A stretch of DNA of 64,000 bases from Oikopleura dioica (Eukaryota > Animalia > Chordata). Shown piece by piece: positions 1 through 11,847 of the stretch (position 1 is its first letter; each line of letters starts with the position of its first letter). The DNA is taken from NCBI GenBank assembly GCA_907165135.1, contig OU015569.1, positions 434,001 through 498,000 of the forward strand, written 5' to 3'. The notes beneath the pieces were generated by a model that had not been told where the DNA came from, did not search any database, and worked only from the letters and a program-made list of their open reading frames with translations. Made by a program: the position numbers and the translations under genes.

Positions 1-575
1 TGAGCTGAGATCAAATATACTCTGGGCTCAAAAACCTGTGTGGAAAACCTGACTCAGGGTTACCAAATTGAATTCTTGGCGATTTTGTGAGGACCCTGAC
101 TCAGGTTTTTACACAGGTTTCCGAGCTCAGAGTATATTTGATCTCAGCTGGGCAACCTTGCAGAATCCTGAGTCAGGGTTCAGAAAGACGGCTCAATTCT
201 TAAATTCGACCTCTTTCAGGACCCTGACTCAGGTTTTCAACACAGGTTTTCAATATTTCTCAAATAAAAAAGATTTTTTGAAAAAGACTCAGACAGGAAG
301 AAAAAAGAAAGCTGTGTTAACAGAATACAGCTCGCGTCTTTTCCCAAGGTCACTGACTGAAAAATGGACTGATCAATTTTTTCGTAGATTCTTTTTTGCT
401 TGAAGATGCATTTTTTAGCATTGATCATGTTTTGTCGAGTTTTGGCCAGACTTGATGTTTATTTTCGATTTTTTCAAATGCTTTTCTTAGAGGAAATCTT
501 CCACTTTCCTCAAAAAAGGAAAAAAAGAAAAAAGAGCGAAAAATTCAAAAATCATAAATCAACTTTTCAGCGATA

Positions 576-3500
576 ATGACAGAGATGCGCCCCTTCTCCC
601 GAACTCCGCGAAAAAGCTCACGTGACTCCGCGAATCCACATGCTTTCCGCTCTAGAACCGTTTCCGTCGCCTCCACTGGCTCTTCAGACAGCAGTGGCAA
701 ACACGTAAGTCTTCATTCTTTCGCCATTTTCGATAAAAATCGAGACATCAAAATCTTATCAAAAATATATTTTTATTTTGCTTTACGCCCCGTCTCGCTC
801 CCTGCTCCTATAAAATCAACACAGTAATTCTCTCTTCCAATTGACAGAAGAAAATAAAAGACAGATAGTTTTTTCATTTTTTATTAAAAAAATGGCGAAT
901 TTTAAAAAGCACCTGCGAATTCCGCACAGCGAGTACCCAGGTTTAAAGCAAGCTAAAAATCGCTCCTTCCACGCCCAAAAGAGACTCATTAAAGTAAGTT
1001 ACTGTAAGTTTATTTGGGCGCGGAAGCCTGTGTAGAAAGCCTGAGTCAGGAATCTGAAAGCTTTGAGCGCTTTCAGGACCCTGACTCAGGTTTTCTTGAC
1101 AGTTTTCGAGCCTGGAAGTGGAAAAACCGCTTGCGGCTTCGAGTCAAAAACTAGAGCCGCGCTATTCGCGGCTTTTCAAATTTTTCGCTCGAAGCCGCAA
1201 GCGGCTTTTCCACTTCCAGGCTCGAAAACTGTTAAGAAAACCTGAGTCAGGGTCCTAAAAGCGCTCAAAGCTTTCAGATTCCTGACTCAAGCTTTCATCG
1301 TTAATAGAAAATAGCATATTTTATCTTTTTGAACTTTTTTGCGTCTCAAAGGAGTCAGTTCAGGGGAAAGGGGGCAGTTTATTATTATTGCCAGCAGCGG
1401 AAAAAAGTAGCAATAATGATGGATTGCGCCTAAAAATTCATAAATCGCGGTCGACCTGTCCGATCCTAAATCAATAATTCAAAACCGCCGCTTTTTTGGC
1501 ATTTTCGTTATGACCGTTTTATTCTTGGCCGACCCTTATTTTTTCCTTCAGAACTCGCTCTACAAAACGGAGCTGTGCCGGAGCTACGAAGAAACGGGCA
1601 ATTGCCGCTACGGCAAAAAGTGCCAGTTTGCCCACTCGCTCAAGGAGATTCGCGTCCTCAACCGCCACCCAAAGGTAAAAGTTCATTTTTGAGAAATGAG
1701 CAAAACTATTTCGACCTGAGTTTTAGCTAGTGACACCCTTAAATTTAATATCAAGAAGGCGCTTGCGGCTTCGAGTCAAACGATTGCGGCTTTTGCGCGG
1801 CTTTTACAATCGTTTGACTCGAAGCCGCAAGCGACTTTTCGACTTTAAGTTTTAAGGGTCTCACTAGCTAAAATTCAGTTTGAAAGAATTTCCCCAAAAA
1901 TCTGAGGAAAACTATTTCGACCTGTTTTTAGCTAGTGACACCCTTAAAACTTAAAGTCGAAAAGCCGCTTGCGGCTTCGAGTCAAACGATTGCGGCTTTT
2001 ACGCGGCTTTTAGAATTGTCTGCCTCGAAGCCGCAAGCGGCTTCTCGATCTTAATTTTAAGGGTGTCACCAGCTAAAACTCAAGTCGAAAGATTCTGGCT
2101 CCGCTCTTTACCTCTAAAAATGACAGATGGAGAGCTTGGATTTTTAGGGTTTATCTCTTCCCGTTGTCCAAAAAATGGGCTATCAAAACAAAGCTCTCGG
2201 CCAGAGAGAGTTTCCTCATTTCATTGTTGCGCCTGATCCTCGAAAAACGGCCTCCGCTTTATTTTTTTATCGACACTTGGAATTAAGGGCGCCCCTCCTT
2301 TCTTTTGTAACACTCTTTTTCTTCAGTACAAGACGGAAATGTGCAAGAGCTTCCACACGAACGGGTACTGCCCTTACGGCGCGCGCTGCCACTTCATCCA
2401 CAATCCCGAGGACGAACTGCTCGGCAGCGAGTACCAAGGCGGCGCGAACAGCTCCAACTCCTCGACCTCCGGCGCCAACTCGGACGAGCTCGCCATCGAC
2501 AAATCCCTCGGCGCGCTCAGCCTCAAGTAAGTCCGCCAAATGTCCCGATCAATGAAAAACGCGCGAATACATATTCCCAGCCTTTGATAAATTTGCGAAC
2601 ACGCACCTGTTCACGTGTTTTTGTTGTTGTGTTTTTCAAAAATCTAATTTGCCAAAAATGAATTTTCAAAAAGCGCGCAATTTTCCAAATTTAGCGCCAC
2701 CTATTTTTCTTCAAATTTTAATCAAAGATTTTTTTTAATTTAATTTTTTTTTTATTTTATTTGAAAAACTTAATTTTATTTTTAAAATTTAAAATTTTTA
2801 AATTTCAAATTTGTCAAAAATGAAATTTCAAAAAGCGCGCAATTTTCCAAATTTAGCGCCACCTATTTTTCTTCGAATTTTCATCCAATATTTTTTTTAT
2901 TTAATTTTAGTATTTTTATTTAAAAATGATTTTATTTTGGAAAAATCAAATTTGCGAAAAATGAATTTTCAAAAAGCGCGCAATTTTTGCAAGATTAGCG
3001 CCCCTACTTTCCAAAAACACAAAAACAAGGAATCTAACCAGTTTCGCTTCAGGGTAGAAGAATGGCCCTTGCCTGGAAACGAAGTGGCCAGCAGCGGTTC
3101 CTGCTCCAGCTCGGATCAGCTGATCCATTCGATCAGCAGCTCAACCTCGGCAAACAGCATTTCCACGAACACCTGGTCGACCAGGATCGCCAAAATGGCC
3201 AAGGAGGTAATTATTCATATTTTTTTAGCTTCTTTTTATGCAAAAAAGACTCCAAAAATCGTGTTAGAGAAAAAAGTACCAATTTGTATTAATTTTCAAA
3301 ATTGGCAAAAATTCAATTTCTGAAATTTCAAATCTCAAAAATTTTTTCTCCCTTTTTTCGGCGACATGTTGGGCCGTCTGGGCGGACATATGTATTCGAG
3401 CGTGTTTGCGGGGGACTGATTTCTTATTTCCAAAATGCGTGTTTACTCACGACTTGCGGTCAGCTGATCCAGCTACTAGTACCAGTCTCGCTTGATTTGG

Positions 3501-4403
3501 CCTGTCCGGCGAGATGGAGAAGGGGAGTTGATTGATTCTGCTTGGGCCGTTACTTATTAGCCCCTTAGACTCTTAGAGTCACTCGAGATTATCTTTGAAC
3601 TTGAGTGCGTCCGGATAAATCCAAATCGAGGCAAATCAAGCTCCCCGGTCAAGTCGCAAATCAAGTGCTACCTGGGCTCGGCAACCTGTGTAGAAAACCT
3701 GAGTCAGGGTCTGTAAGAACTGAAATGAAAAGCCGCGCAGCGGCTTTTAAAAACGAAGCCGCAAAGCGGCTTCGCAAGAATTTTTGGGAGATTCTAGAGA
3801 TAATTTTAGCGAAGCCGCGTTGCGGCTTCGTTTTTAAAAGCCGCTGCGCGGCTTTTCATTTCAGTTCTTACAGACGCTGACTCAGGTTTTCTACACAGGT
3901 TGCCGAGCCCAGAGCGCTACTTTTGCAATAAAAACCAAATGTTAAAACTAAAACCAAAATTTCAGAGTTCGATGGTGGCTCCTCCTCCTCCTCCTTCTTC
4001 AAAATACCCGGAACCAGCGTTCGGGAGCCAATTCGTAGAGCGCTCTTCGCCGCCGACTCCGTGGACTTCAGCGATGTACTCGCCCAAGCGACCGTTCGGC
4101 AGCAGCTGCCAGTTCGGCTCGATCGGCTCCGGCGTCAGCTCCGACCGCGAGTGCTCCAGCTCGCCCGAGGTCGACCCCAAGTTTGACACGGCCTACGAGC
4201 CCTTCGCGCCGGTGGAGCCAGTGCCGCGCCTCGAGCTGCCCAAGTTCGAGCCCCCAATCTCCAGCAGCTACTCTTTCAACAATCAAGAACTCAACAATTC
4301 AAGCTCCAACTCCTCAAATTGCTCCTGGTTCTTCGAAAGCGAACCAGACGGAATCTTCCAAGCGCCTCGACTGCCAGTCTTCCAGTCTCTCCACGACTTC
4401 TAA
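576..4403 (+). CDS. ZFP36/TIS11: ZFP36/TIS11 (tristetraprolin-family) tandem CCCH zinc-finger mRNA-decay protein, 5 exons
   Basis: Exons 576-704, 1552-1674, 2327-2526, 3053-3206 and 3966-4403 join in frame through GT-AG introns. Two fingers are present: [25 protein letters not shown] and [25 protein letters not shown]. The C-terminal RLPVFQSL matches the TTP-family NOT1-binding motif. Confidence 0.93.
2633..3010. repeat. Three dispersed direct copies of a ~75-bp unit in ZFP36 intron 3
   Basis: The unit aaaaatgaattttcaaaaagcgcgcaattttccaaatttagcgccacctatttt recurs near 2655, 2815 and 2955. Confidence 0.8.
3672..3912. mobile_element. Representative copy of the dominant MITE family (~30 copies across the window; ~40-bp TIRs, 8-bp TSD, hAT-like)
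   Basis: TIR CTGGGCTCGGCAACCTGTGTAGAAAACCTGAGTCAGGGTC and its reverse complement, with internal AAGCCGC-N3-GCGGCTT palindromes. Flanks agtgctac/agcgctac form a 7/8 TSD. Other copies lie near 22-250, 6001-6170, 9014-9170, 21955-22210, 23240-23423, 32359-32538, 33172-33349, 42390-43715, 49877-50009, 55770-57471, 59300-59482 and 61990-63930. Confidence 0.9.
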
Positions 4404-4544
4404 AAAACTACTCACGTGACATCGAAAAACGCCACAAAATGCAAAATTCAAAAACACAACAAAAATGCCAATATCGCCCATTTCAAAATTGAAAAAAAAG
4501 ACATCATCCCTTTTTAACCATTGTGATTATAAAAATTACGCGGA

Positions 4545-5031
4545 TTAAGGGGTAGCATCGATATTACGACTTTTATTCACCCTTTTTCTCCGGACATTAG
4601 TATTGTGACTCCCTTATTTTTCTGCTCAGAGGGAAAATAAGGGTATCACTCTTTATTTCCGAAAAAATCCCGATTATCGATGCCTACTCCCTTAAAAACA
4701 GAAAATAATTAAGGGTGTAGCATCGATATTTCGACTTTTATTGAATCTTTTTCCCCGAAAATTACAATTGTGACTCCCTTATTTTTTCTGCACAGAGGAA
4801 AGATAAAGGTGTCATCCTGTTACTTTCGGAAAAACGCGATTATCGATGCCTACTCCCTTAAAAACAGAAAATAATTAAGGGTGTAGCATCGATATTTCGA
4901 CTTTTATTCACCCTTTTTTCTCCGAAACTTAAGATTGTGACTCCCTTATTTTTTCTGCTCAGAGGGAAAATAAGGGTGTCTCTCTGTTGCTTTCGGAAGA
5001 AAAACCCGATTATCGATGCCTACTCCCTTAA
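4545..5031. mobile_element. Three head-to-tail ~150-bp TIR units, each bounded by TTAA (Kolobok-like MITE array)
   Basis: Units start at 4545, 4709 and 4875. Each reads TTAAGGG(T)GTAGCATCGAT...ATCGATGCCTACTCCCTTAA with an internal gtgactcccttatttt/aaaataagggtgtca inverted pair. Confidence 0.7.
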
Positions 5032-5724
5032 GAACCCCCGCGTAAAACCTGCCTCAGGAATCAAAAACATTAAATTTCATTCATTTGCAAACTTGAAATT
5101 TCCATTTTTTTCTTTGGAATTTTATATATTTATTTGTCTCTCTTTCTCTCTTCTCTTTTTCCTCCCTTTTTATAAATGTCCGTCTCAGTGTCCCGTTTTT
5201 CGATTTTCCGCCTTTTCGAATTTGAAAAGAATTGACCCTAAACTACAAAACTACGTGTATTTTTAATAATTGCTTAACTATTTTGTGTTTTAACTATTTT
5301 TTGCCGCCAACTTTACCTCAAACTTTAAAAAAGAGCAACGTTCTATTCTTTTCTTAATTCTATTTTAACTATTTTCCGAAAAAGCTCCGAAAAAGCCCGA
5401 AAAAGCGTTTTTACAAGTTTCCGAAAATTTCCTCCTCTTGGTAAATTTATATTTATTTATCTTTATTCCTGGTTCACTTTTTATTTATACTTAATTTTAT
5501 TTACCGCTGTAGCCGCTAAAAAACGAAACGAAACAAAATTTTTTTGAAAATTGGAAAAATATTTATTAAAAAATTTAAAATTTTAAAATTTTTATTTCTA
5601 AAATTGAAAAATGCAACTTTTTTCTGATTTTATTTTATTGAAACCGTTTTGACCTCTCTTTTGAACAATTCTTATTTCCGAATAAAGTATTCACCAAAAA
5701 CACTCTTCCTTGTCTCCAATTTAT

Positions 5725-7437
5725 TCAATTTTTGGCGAAACTTTTGAAAGCGATCCACAAGTAAAGCAGGATTTGAATGGACCCACAGCCGGAGAGAATC
5801 AACTCGAAGTGGCCAAAACAATCCAGAGAAGGGATGAAAGACAGTTGGGCTGGCTCTACTTTGACGCTAGAAAAGACGAGGAAATTTGGTGGAAATGGAT
5901 GTTTTTACCATTTTTTGGGAAGAAGTTGAAGTGCTGGTTTTAAACAGAGAAGGATGAGTACGTTGTAAACTTCAAACAGATCAATTACTGTTTTTGATTT
6001 GAGCTCGGAAACCTGTGAAGAAAACCTGAGTCAGGGTCTGAAAGAGCTAAAATTTTCTAGTATTTGAAAACAGATGAGATTGAAATGGTTATATTGCGAA
6101 GCCGCGAAGCGCCTTTTAAACTTAGCCTTTCAGAACCTGACTCAGGTTTTTTCACAGGTTCCCGAGCCCAGGACCGAATTGCTTAGGTCTTGAAAAGCGA
6201 GAAGCCGCTCTTCTTGCGGCTTCTCCATCTTGTAATAAATCAGATTGGCCTGTTTCCTACTGAAGACAAGGAGAAAAAGTTCCAAATGACGGCGTCTGCT
6301 TTTGCGATAGTTTCTTTCGAGTCTTTTGAAATTGATGGTGGGTCACGATCACCATGCAATACAGCTGAAAGTGAACTAGTTCAAGTCATCAAACGCTCTT
6401 GAATTTACCGAAAAAAGATGAGAAATTGCGCCTTCTTCTGGAGCAAAATGGCCAAATCTTCGGAAGTCTCGGCAGAAATAAAATGCATTTCCTAAAAATG
6501 GGCTCAGCAACCTGTGTAGAAAGCCTAAGTCAGGGCATTTTGTCTAGAAAGACTTCTAGTCTAGAAGACTTTGCCAGACCCTGACTCAGGTTTTCTACAC
6601 AGGTCGCAGAGCTCAGGGAAAAGACTGGTTACCTGGGCGTATTTGAATTGAGTGAACATGAGAAAAAGTTGGTGAAAGAAAAGAAGAGCGACGGAGTGGT
6701 GGAATTTGCTTCGAATGAGGGTTTCTTTGGAAGGGTTGAGGAAATAAATAGAGGTCACGAAAACCTGAATTTCAAGCTTGTGTTTTTCTCCGGTCTTTTT
6801 TACCTTGACAACAGCGGCAAAGTAAAAAGTGAAAATTATCCAGGAATGGGAGCTCGACACGATTTCTGAAAATTAAGAATAATCAATTAATTAAAAATTA
6901 ATTAATTTATAATTAATTTTATTTCTTATTGAGTAATTAATTTTATTAATTTATTAATTAATTAATTATTTAAATTATTTATTTATTCTCATTAATGTTA
7001 TTATAATTTATTGATTTAATTGATTAATAATGAATAATAATAATAATTACAAATGATAAATCAGATTTTACCGGAAATATTTGCGTAAAGAAGAATGTCC
7101 CAGTAAAGCAGGAGCATTTCAAAGACGCAAAAAGCGACTCTTGGTCCAATGTAGCAAACAGTCGCCAAGTTGGAAACAAGAAGCCAGAAGAGACCGACGA
7201 TCCTCATCCAGTGCGCCAGGACGATTTTCTTGTACTGCGGCCCTTTGAGCATCTTTTGGAAATGAAGCGGCGCGCCTCTTCGTGAATTTCGGGGTCTTCC
7301 TTGATTCCGTTGTACCACTCGTTCGGGTCGTACAGTTCGAACGAGCTGGGAAGAAAGAGAAACGCGCGCTGCAGAATTCGCAGAAAAGAAACGCAAAGAA
7401 ACATGAAGGCTACAACTGCCAGCGACCAAATGACCAT
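5725..7437 (-). CDS. Multi-exon multipass membrane protein, family not recognised
   Basis: Hydrophobic exons (MVIWSLAVVAFMFLCVSFLRIL; IVLAHWMRIVGLFWLLVSNLATVCYIG; WIIFTFYFAAVV; ELILSGCGSIQILLYLWIAFKSFAKN-stop) with GT-AG sites. The model needs a 1-nt homopolymer correction at 7254-7257. Internal exon joins are only partly resolved. Confidence 0.55.
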
Positions 7438-7529
7438 GATGTTTTGGTAGCCGTCGAAAAGCCATTTTCGCGAGTTACTAAATTAATAATTTAATCTGCA
7501 GAAAAAGGGTCGGGCTCGTTTTAAAAGAA

Positions 7530-7875
7530 TAAATAAGGGTGTCACCATTTTAACCTCAAAAGACTGGTGAGTTTTTCACGCTTTAATTTTTAGTTATGAT
7601 AGTGACACCCTTATTTTTCTGCTTTTAAGGTGCTGTCTACTTACCTTAAAAGCTGAAAAATAAGGGTGTCACTTTTATAACTAAAGAATCAAAGCCTGAA
7701 AAATTCATCACTGTCTTTATGAGGTTAAAATGGGGACACCCTTATTTATTCTTTTAGACTCGCTTTTCTAGCTGACTTTTTCCAGCAGTTAGTACAATGA
7801 CACCCTTATTTATTTCACAAAATAAGGCTTGCATCTTCAATCAGTTCTATCGCAAAAATAAGGGTGTCACTAGAT
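7530..7875. repeat. Nested inverted-repeat (foldback) element built on the AAAATAAGGGTGTCAC motif
   Basis: Repeated aaataagggtgtcac / gtgacacccttatttt pairs in alternating orientation. The same motif occurs at 1730-2070, 47790-48060 and near 60210. Confidence 0.65.
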
Positions 7876-8421
7876 TAACTCTCCGGGAAGAAAAGTGCTA
7901 GAAAAATTCGAGTCAAAAGAGGCCGATTAAAAAAGAGCTTACTCATAGTAACTTGCTATGAATTCTCAGCGCTAGAATTTTTTTGCTTCGTGCTTTTTTG
8001 TTCTCTGAATAATAAAGAAGTTTATGGTTTCAAGTTAGCCTCGCGTTTCTTTTATTGCTGCGTCTTACGATCAGCTTATTGATCGTATTAGCCGAATAAA
8101 TTCTGTAATCCCGAAATTTAATCTGTTTTTATATTTTCCTTATGGCACTTTTTTCTTATTAAAAACATTAAATCTGCCATTTTTTTGAAATCAAGGAAGA
8201 CTCCCTCAAAAATATTCAGAACTAGAAAAATAGGGCTTGGAGCTACAGTTAGGGCTACAATAAGAATTCGCCAAAATTGGTTTAAAATTTAAAATTTTGG
8301 AATTTTAATTTTCGATAAAATGATCTTGAAAAAGTCGTTAGACTGGAGCAGGTTGAAAGCATTTACGACTTTACGATGACCACAGTGCTGCTTTTGCTAA
8401 AAAATCTAGAAAGAGAAAAAG

Positions 8422-10176
8422 ATGAGCTTCAAAAAGCTTCGATCCAGGTTGTCTTCGGAAAGGCGCTCTGAAAACTGATTTGATTTTATTCTTCAAAGTT
8501 GAACTTCAATTTTGACAAGTTCACCTTTGAGGCCGTTTTCAGAGGCGCCAAAAAAGAAGGGCAGCCAGAAATCCGAGCGAAAACCAGCGCCAAAAAGAAG
8601 GAAAAGAATCTTCCAGCGAAGCAGTGCACCTGAAAATCGTGGAGGAAAAGGAAGAAAACATCTACGAGAAAAGACTGATCGCGGCGAAATTCGACTTTGA
8701 AAAGTGGGAAAAGTACTTTACGAGGGAAACGATTATCGGCCACAAGGAGACTTTTGACGCGTTTGACATTGATGGCGGAGGAACTATCAGGAACTCGGTT
8801 TTCTTGAATTAAAATTTCGGCGCGACTTCCGCTTTTGAAAGGCGCGCGCGGAGCTCTAATTGGCCAAGCGCGCGTGAAAATGAATTTGATCATGAATCCG
8901 AAAAAACAGTCGTGAGGAGCTGAAAACCTCGATCGAAAAAATCCGCGGTCGAAGAGTTTCTGTCGGAGAAGTTGACGCGATTTTGCACAAGGTTTGATCT
9001 GATCTCGGCAAACTGAGTAAAAGCCTGAGTCAGGTTCCGAAAGAGCTAAAATGAAATGAAGCGGCTTATTTGAGTTTTTGCGAAGCCGCTTTGGGGCTTC
9101 GTTTTCAAAAGCCGCTACGCGGCTTTTCATTTTAGCTCTTTCAGAGCCTGACTCAGGCTTTCTACTCAGCAAATTCTAGTACATTTCTACTCGAAATTCA
9201 GTGCGACCCGAACAATGATGGAGAGCTGGAATTCAACGAGTTTTTACTAATGCCACGGATTTTAAAAATTTTCAATAAAAACGCCATTTTCAAGCTAAAT
9301 CGTTAAAATCCGCGAAAAACAGATGCTGACCGTGAAAGAAAACGAAAAAGCGTATCAAGAGCTTTTCGAAGCTTTCGGCGTCTTCGAGACCATCGAAAAG
9401 GATCTGATCAAGAAGCGGCCGCGGCACCACCACCACCACCGCCACACGCCGCCGGAAGGGTCGATCTCGCGTTCCTTTTTGATTCAAGCGCTCAAGAGCC
9501 ACGGCGAGCCGTTTTCCGAAGAAGAGCTCAGCCACTTCGTCAAGACGATGGACATTTCCGGCTCCGACGAAGCGCACTTTCACTACGCCTTTTTCGTCGA
9601 GTCCATTACAGGTACACTTTTCTTTTGAGCTCGACAACCGGTATTGAAATCCTGAGTCAGGGCCTGAAAGATCTTGACTGAAAAGCCGCGTAGCGGCTTT
9701 TCTAGCAGGAAGCCGCGAAGCGGCTTCGCAAAAAAAAACCATTCCAGTTTATTTTCTGGACCCTGACTCAGGTTTTTTACACAGGTTGCCGAGCCAAGCC
9801 CGCTAGTTTTAGGTTATCACTAAAACCAGAGTTGCAAATTTGTTGAGCTGAGTTGAGCTCTGTGATTTTTGAAAATGATCTGATCTGCTCAGCTCAGCTC
9901 AGACAATTATCACTCAGCTCAACTCAGCTCAGCTCAATGATTTTAACACTATTTAAAAAAAAAAACAGCTCAGCTCAGCTCTTATTAGGGTCTGCTCAGC
10001 TCAGCTTAGCTCAATTACCTCTGAAAAAGGGCAGCTCAGCTCAGTGAGCTGCGAAATAGGCCAGCTCAGCTCGGCTCAGCAAAAATAAACCAAAATTTGC
10101 AACTCTGACTAAAACTTTGATTACAGGTCGCGCGATGGCTCTAGAACACGAAGAAGACTCAGATGACTCGGACTAA
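8422..10176 (+). CDS. Calmodulin-like EF-hand protein (multi-exon; start uncertain)
   Basis: Exons encode FDAFDIDGGGTIS-REELKTSIEK, CDPNNDGELEFNEF, ELFEAFGVF...GSISRSFLIQALKSHGEPFSEEELSHFVKTMDISGSDEAHF, and a last exon 10127-10176. Includes a GA-AG intron at 8791-8909. Confidence 0.75.
9827..10107. mobile_element. hAT-like MITE with internal GCTCA/TGAGC pentamer arrays
   Basis: TIR CAGAGTTGCAAATTT...AAATTTGCAACTCTG with a perfect 8-bp TSD ACTAAAAC (9819-9826 / 10108-10115). It lies in the last EF-hand intron. Confidence 0.9.
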
Positions 10177-10709
10177 TTCATAAAATTGATTCAATAAAAT
10201 TCAATTCTCAGTGACTCTAATTTTGATGATTGAAATCAACAACGAGTATTTTTTAAATTTCTGTCAGAGGCAATTTAACATAAATATCGGATGTCGGAAT
10301 GCTAAATACAAAAATGGATTTATTCATATTTGACTCGAACCCTCGTGGAAATATTTGACATTTGTCGGTAATTCCCATAAAAGCGCCCTGCTGCGAATCA
10401 ATATAGTTAGCGGTAGGCCGATTCCCGCCAAAAAAGAAACTTTTCAAAAAGACGCCAAAAATCGTGATCGATTTCGATTCATTTCAAAATCAACGGCGAA
10501 AATTCATTTTCAAATTTGACTAACAGTGGCCGTTTCGCGGAGTCTGTCAGACAATTCCAGCGCTGAACTGTAAAGTACTGTAAATTGGCGGCTCAAAGTC
10601 GGCGAGGATGAAAAAGAGGCCGAAAAAGATTGCGCGCAAAAAAAACTGTGTTGCCACCGCGCTCTGATTTTGAAATTTGGCCATTGGCCAGTTATCAATG
10701 GGAGCAGAT

Positions 10710-10946
10710 TGTAATAATCCACTGGTAACTTTCTGCTGAGTCAGGCAAGATGTAGCCGCTAGCTCTTGCAAATATAGACTGGTTTATTGAGAATAGAAAA
10801 CTGAGAGGAGCAATCGTGTACAGCTGACGAGAAGAGTGAGAGTCAGCGGGGAGTAACTAATAGGGGCCAAAAGGGGCTTTGATCAGGCTAAATATAGGTT
10901 CTATGATTGACAGCCTAGGGACTGTAGCTAAAACTAGAACACTTCA
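10710..10946 (-). repeat. 3' LTR
   Basis: Direct repeat of 19865-20101, preceded on the minus strand by the polypurine tract. Confidence 0.95.
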
Positions 10947-10960
10947 CCCTTCCCCCACTT
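10947..10960 (-). promoter_or_regulatory. Polypurine tract
   Basis: The minus strand reads AAGTGGGGGAAGGG immediately before the 3' LTR TG. Confidence 0.85.
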
Positions 10961-11277
10961 AGGGTTGATACATGTTGATGTATAAATCACACGAGATGAA
11001 GAAGAAGCACACATTGTGGTCACTAAAGGGATAAATAATAATAAGAAAAACAGAAGATATAATAGTAAAATGCACAGGGATAAGATGTTTCTTTTTTTGT
11101 AAGGAGGGCTGGACATCAGGGGCGGTTTTGACGGCGTCGATGATGGACAGTTGTTAGTAAAGAGTTTGACGGAGAGGAGATTGAGTTGATTTGATGAGCA
11201 TCAAGTTTGTTGTCGGCACAAGATGGTTGGGTTGTTTTTGGGAATCAGGTCCAGAGCTATTGAAGAGGTCGAAGTTG

Positions 11278-11847
11278 TTAACGCGCTAGGGTTAGTAAGA
11301 GGTAGAAGACGGGATCATCGGTGACGAGGGAGTAGGCGTCGTTGATGTCGAGGATGGTGTGAAGAGAAGAGTACAGGATAAAAAAAACGGGCTTGTTGAT
11401 GTCGGACGTAGTCGGAGATGTTGTTTTGGAAGATGTTGGTTGATACGTTGTCGGGATCGGCGTAGTGGCGAGTGGAGTCGTGGTTGGTGATGTAGGCGAC
11501 GTCGGTGTAGGTGGTACGGTTGTTGTTGTTGGTGTCAGCAGCGTCGGTGGAAGTGGTATTGATGTAGTAGATGTCGAGGTCGTAGTCTTTGTTGGTGATG
11601 TCGGCGGTGTCGGTGGAGATAGGATGGTTGTTGTAGTTGGTGGTGAAGTCGAGGTTGATATTGATGATGTCGACGGTGTCGGGGGAGACGGTATGGTTGT
11701 TGTAGTTGGTGTCGAAGTCGAGGTTGATATTGATGATGTTGGCGGTGTCGGTGGGAGTGGTACTGATGTTGGGGATGTCGATGTCGTTGTCTTTGTTGGT
11801 GATGTCAGCGGTGTCGGTGGAGACGGTGATGGTGGTGGTGCGGCTGC
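11278..11847 (-). other. 190-codon Pro/Thr/Ser-rich (mucin-like) open frame made of ~66-69-nt degenerate repeats inside the LTR element; no in-frame ATG
   Basis: Reads AAAPPPSPSPPTPLTSPTKTTTSTSPTSVPLPPTPPTSSISTSTSTPTTTT... Many of the differences between repeat units are synonymous in this frame. Confidence 0.4.

Noticed and set aside
6870-7060. Extremely AT-rich tracts (also 60920-61180)
   Set aside because: Low-complexity intron or intergenic sequence with no periodic unit I could define.
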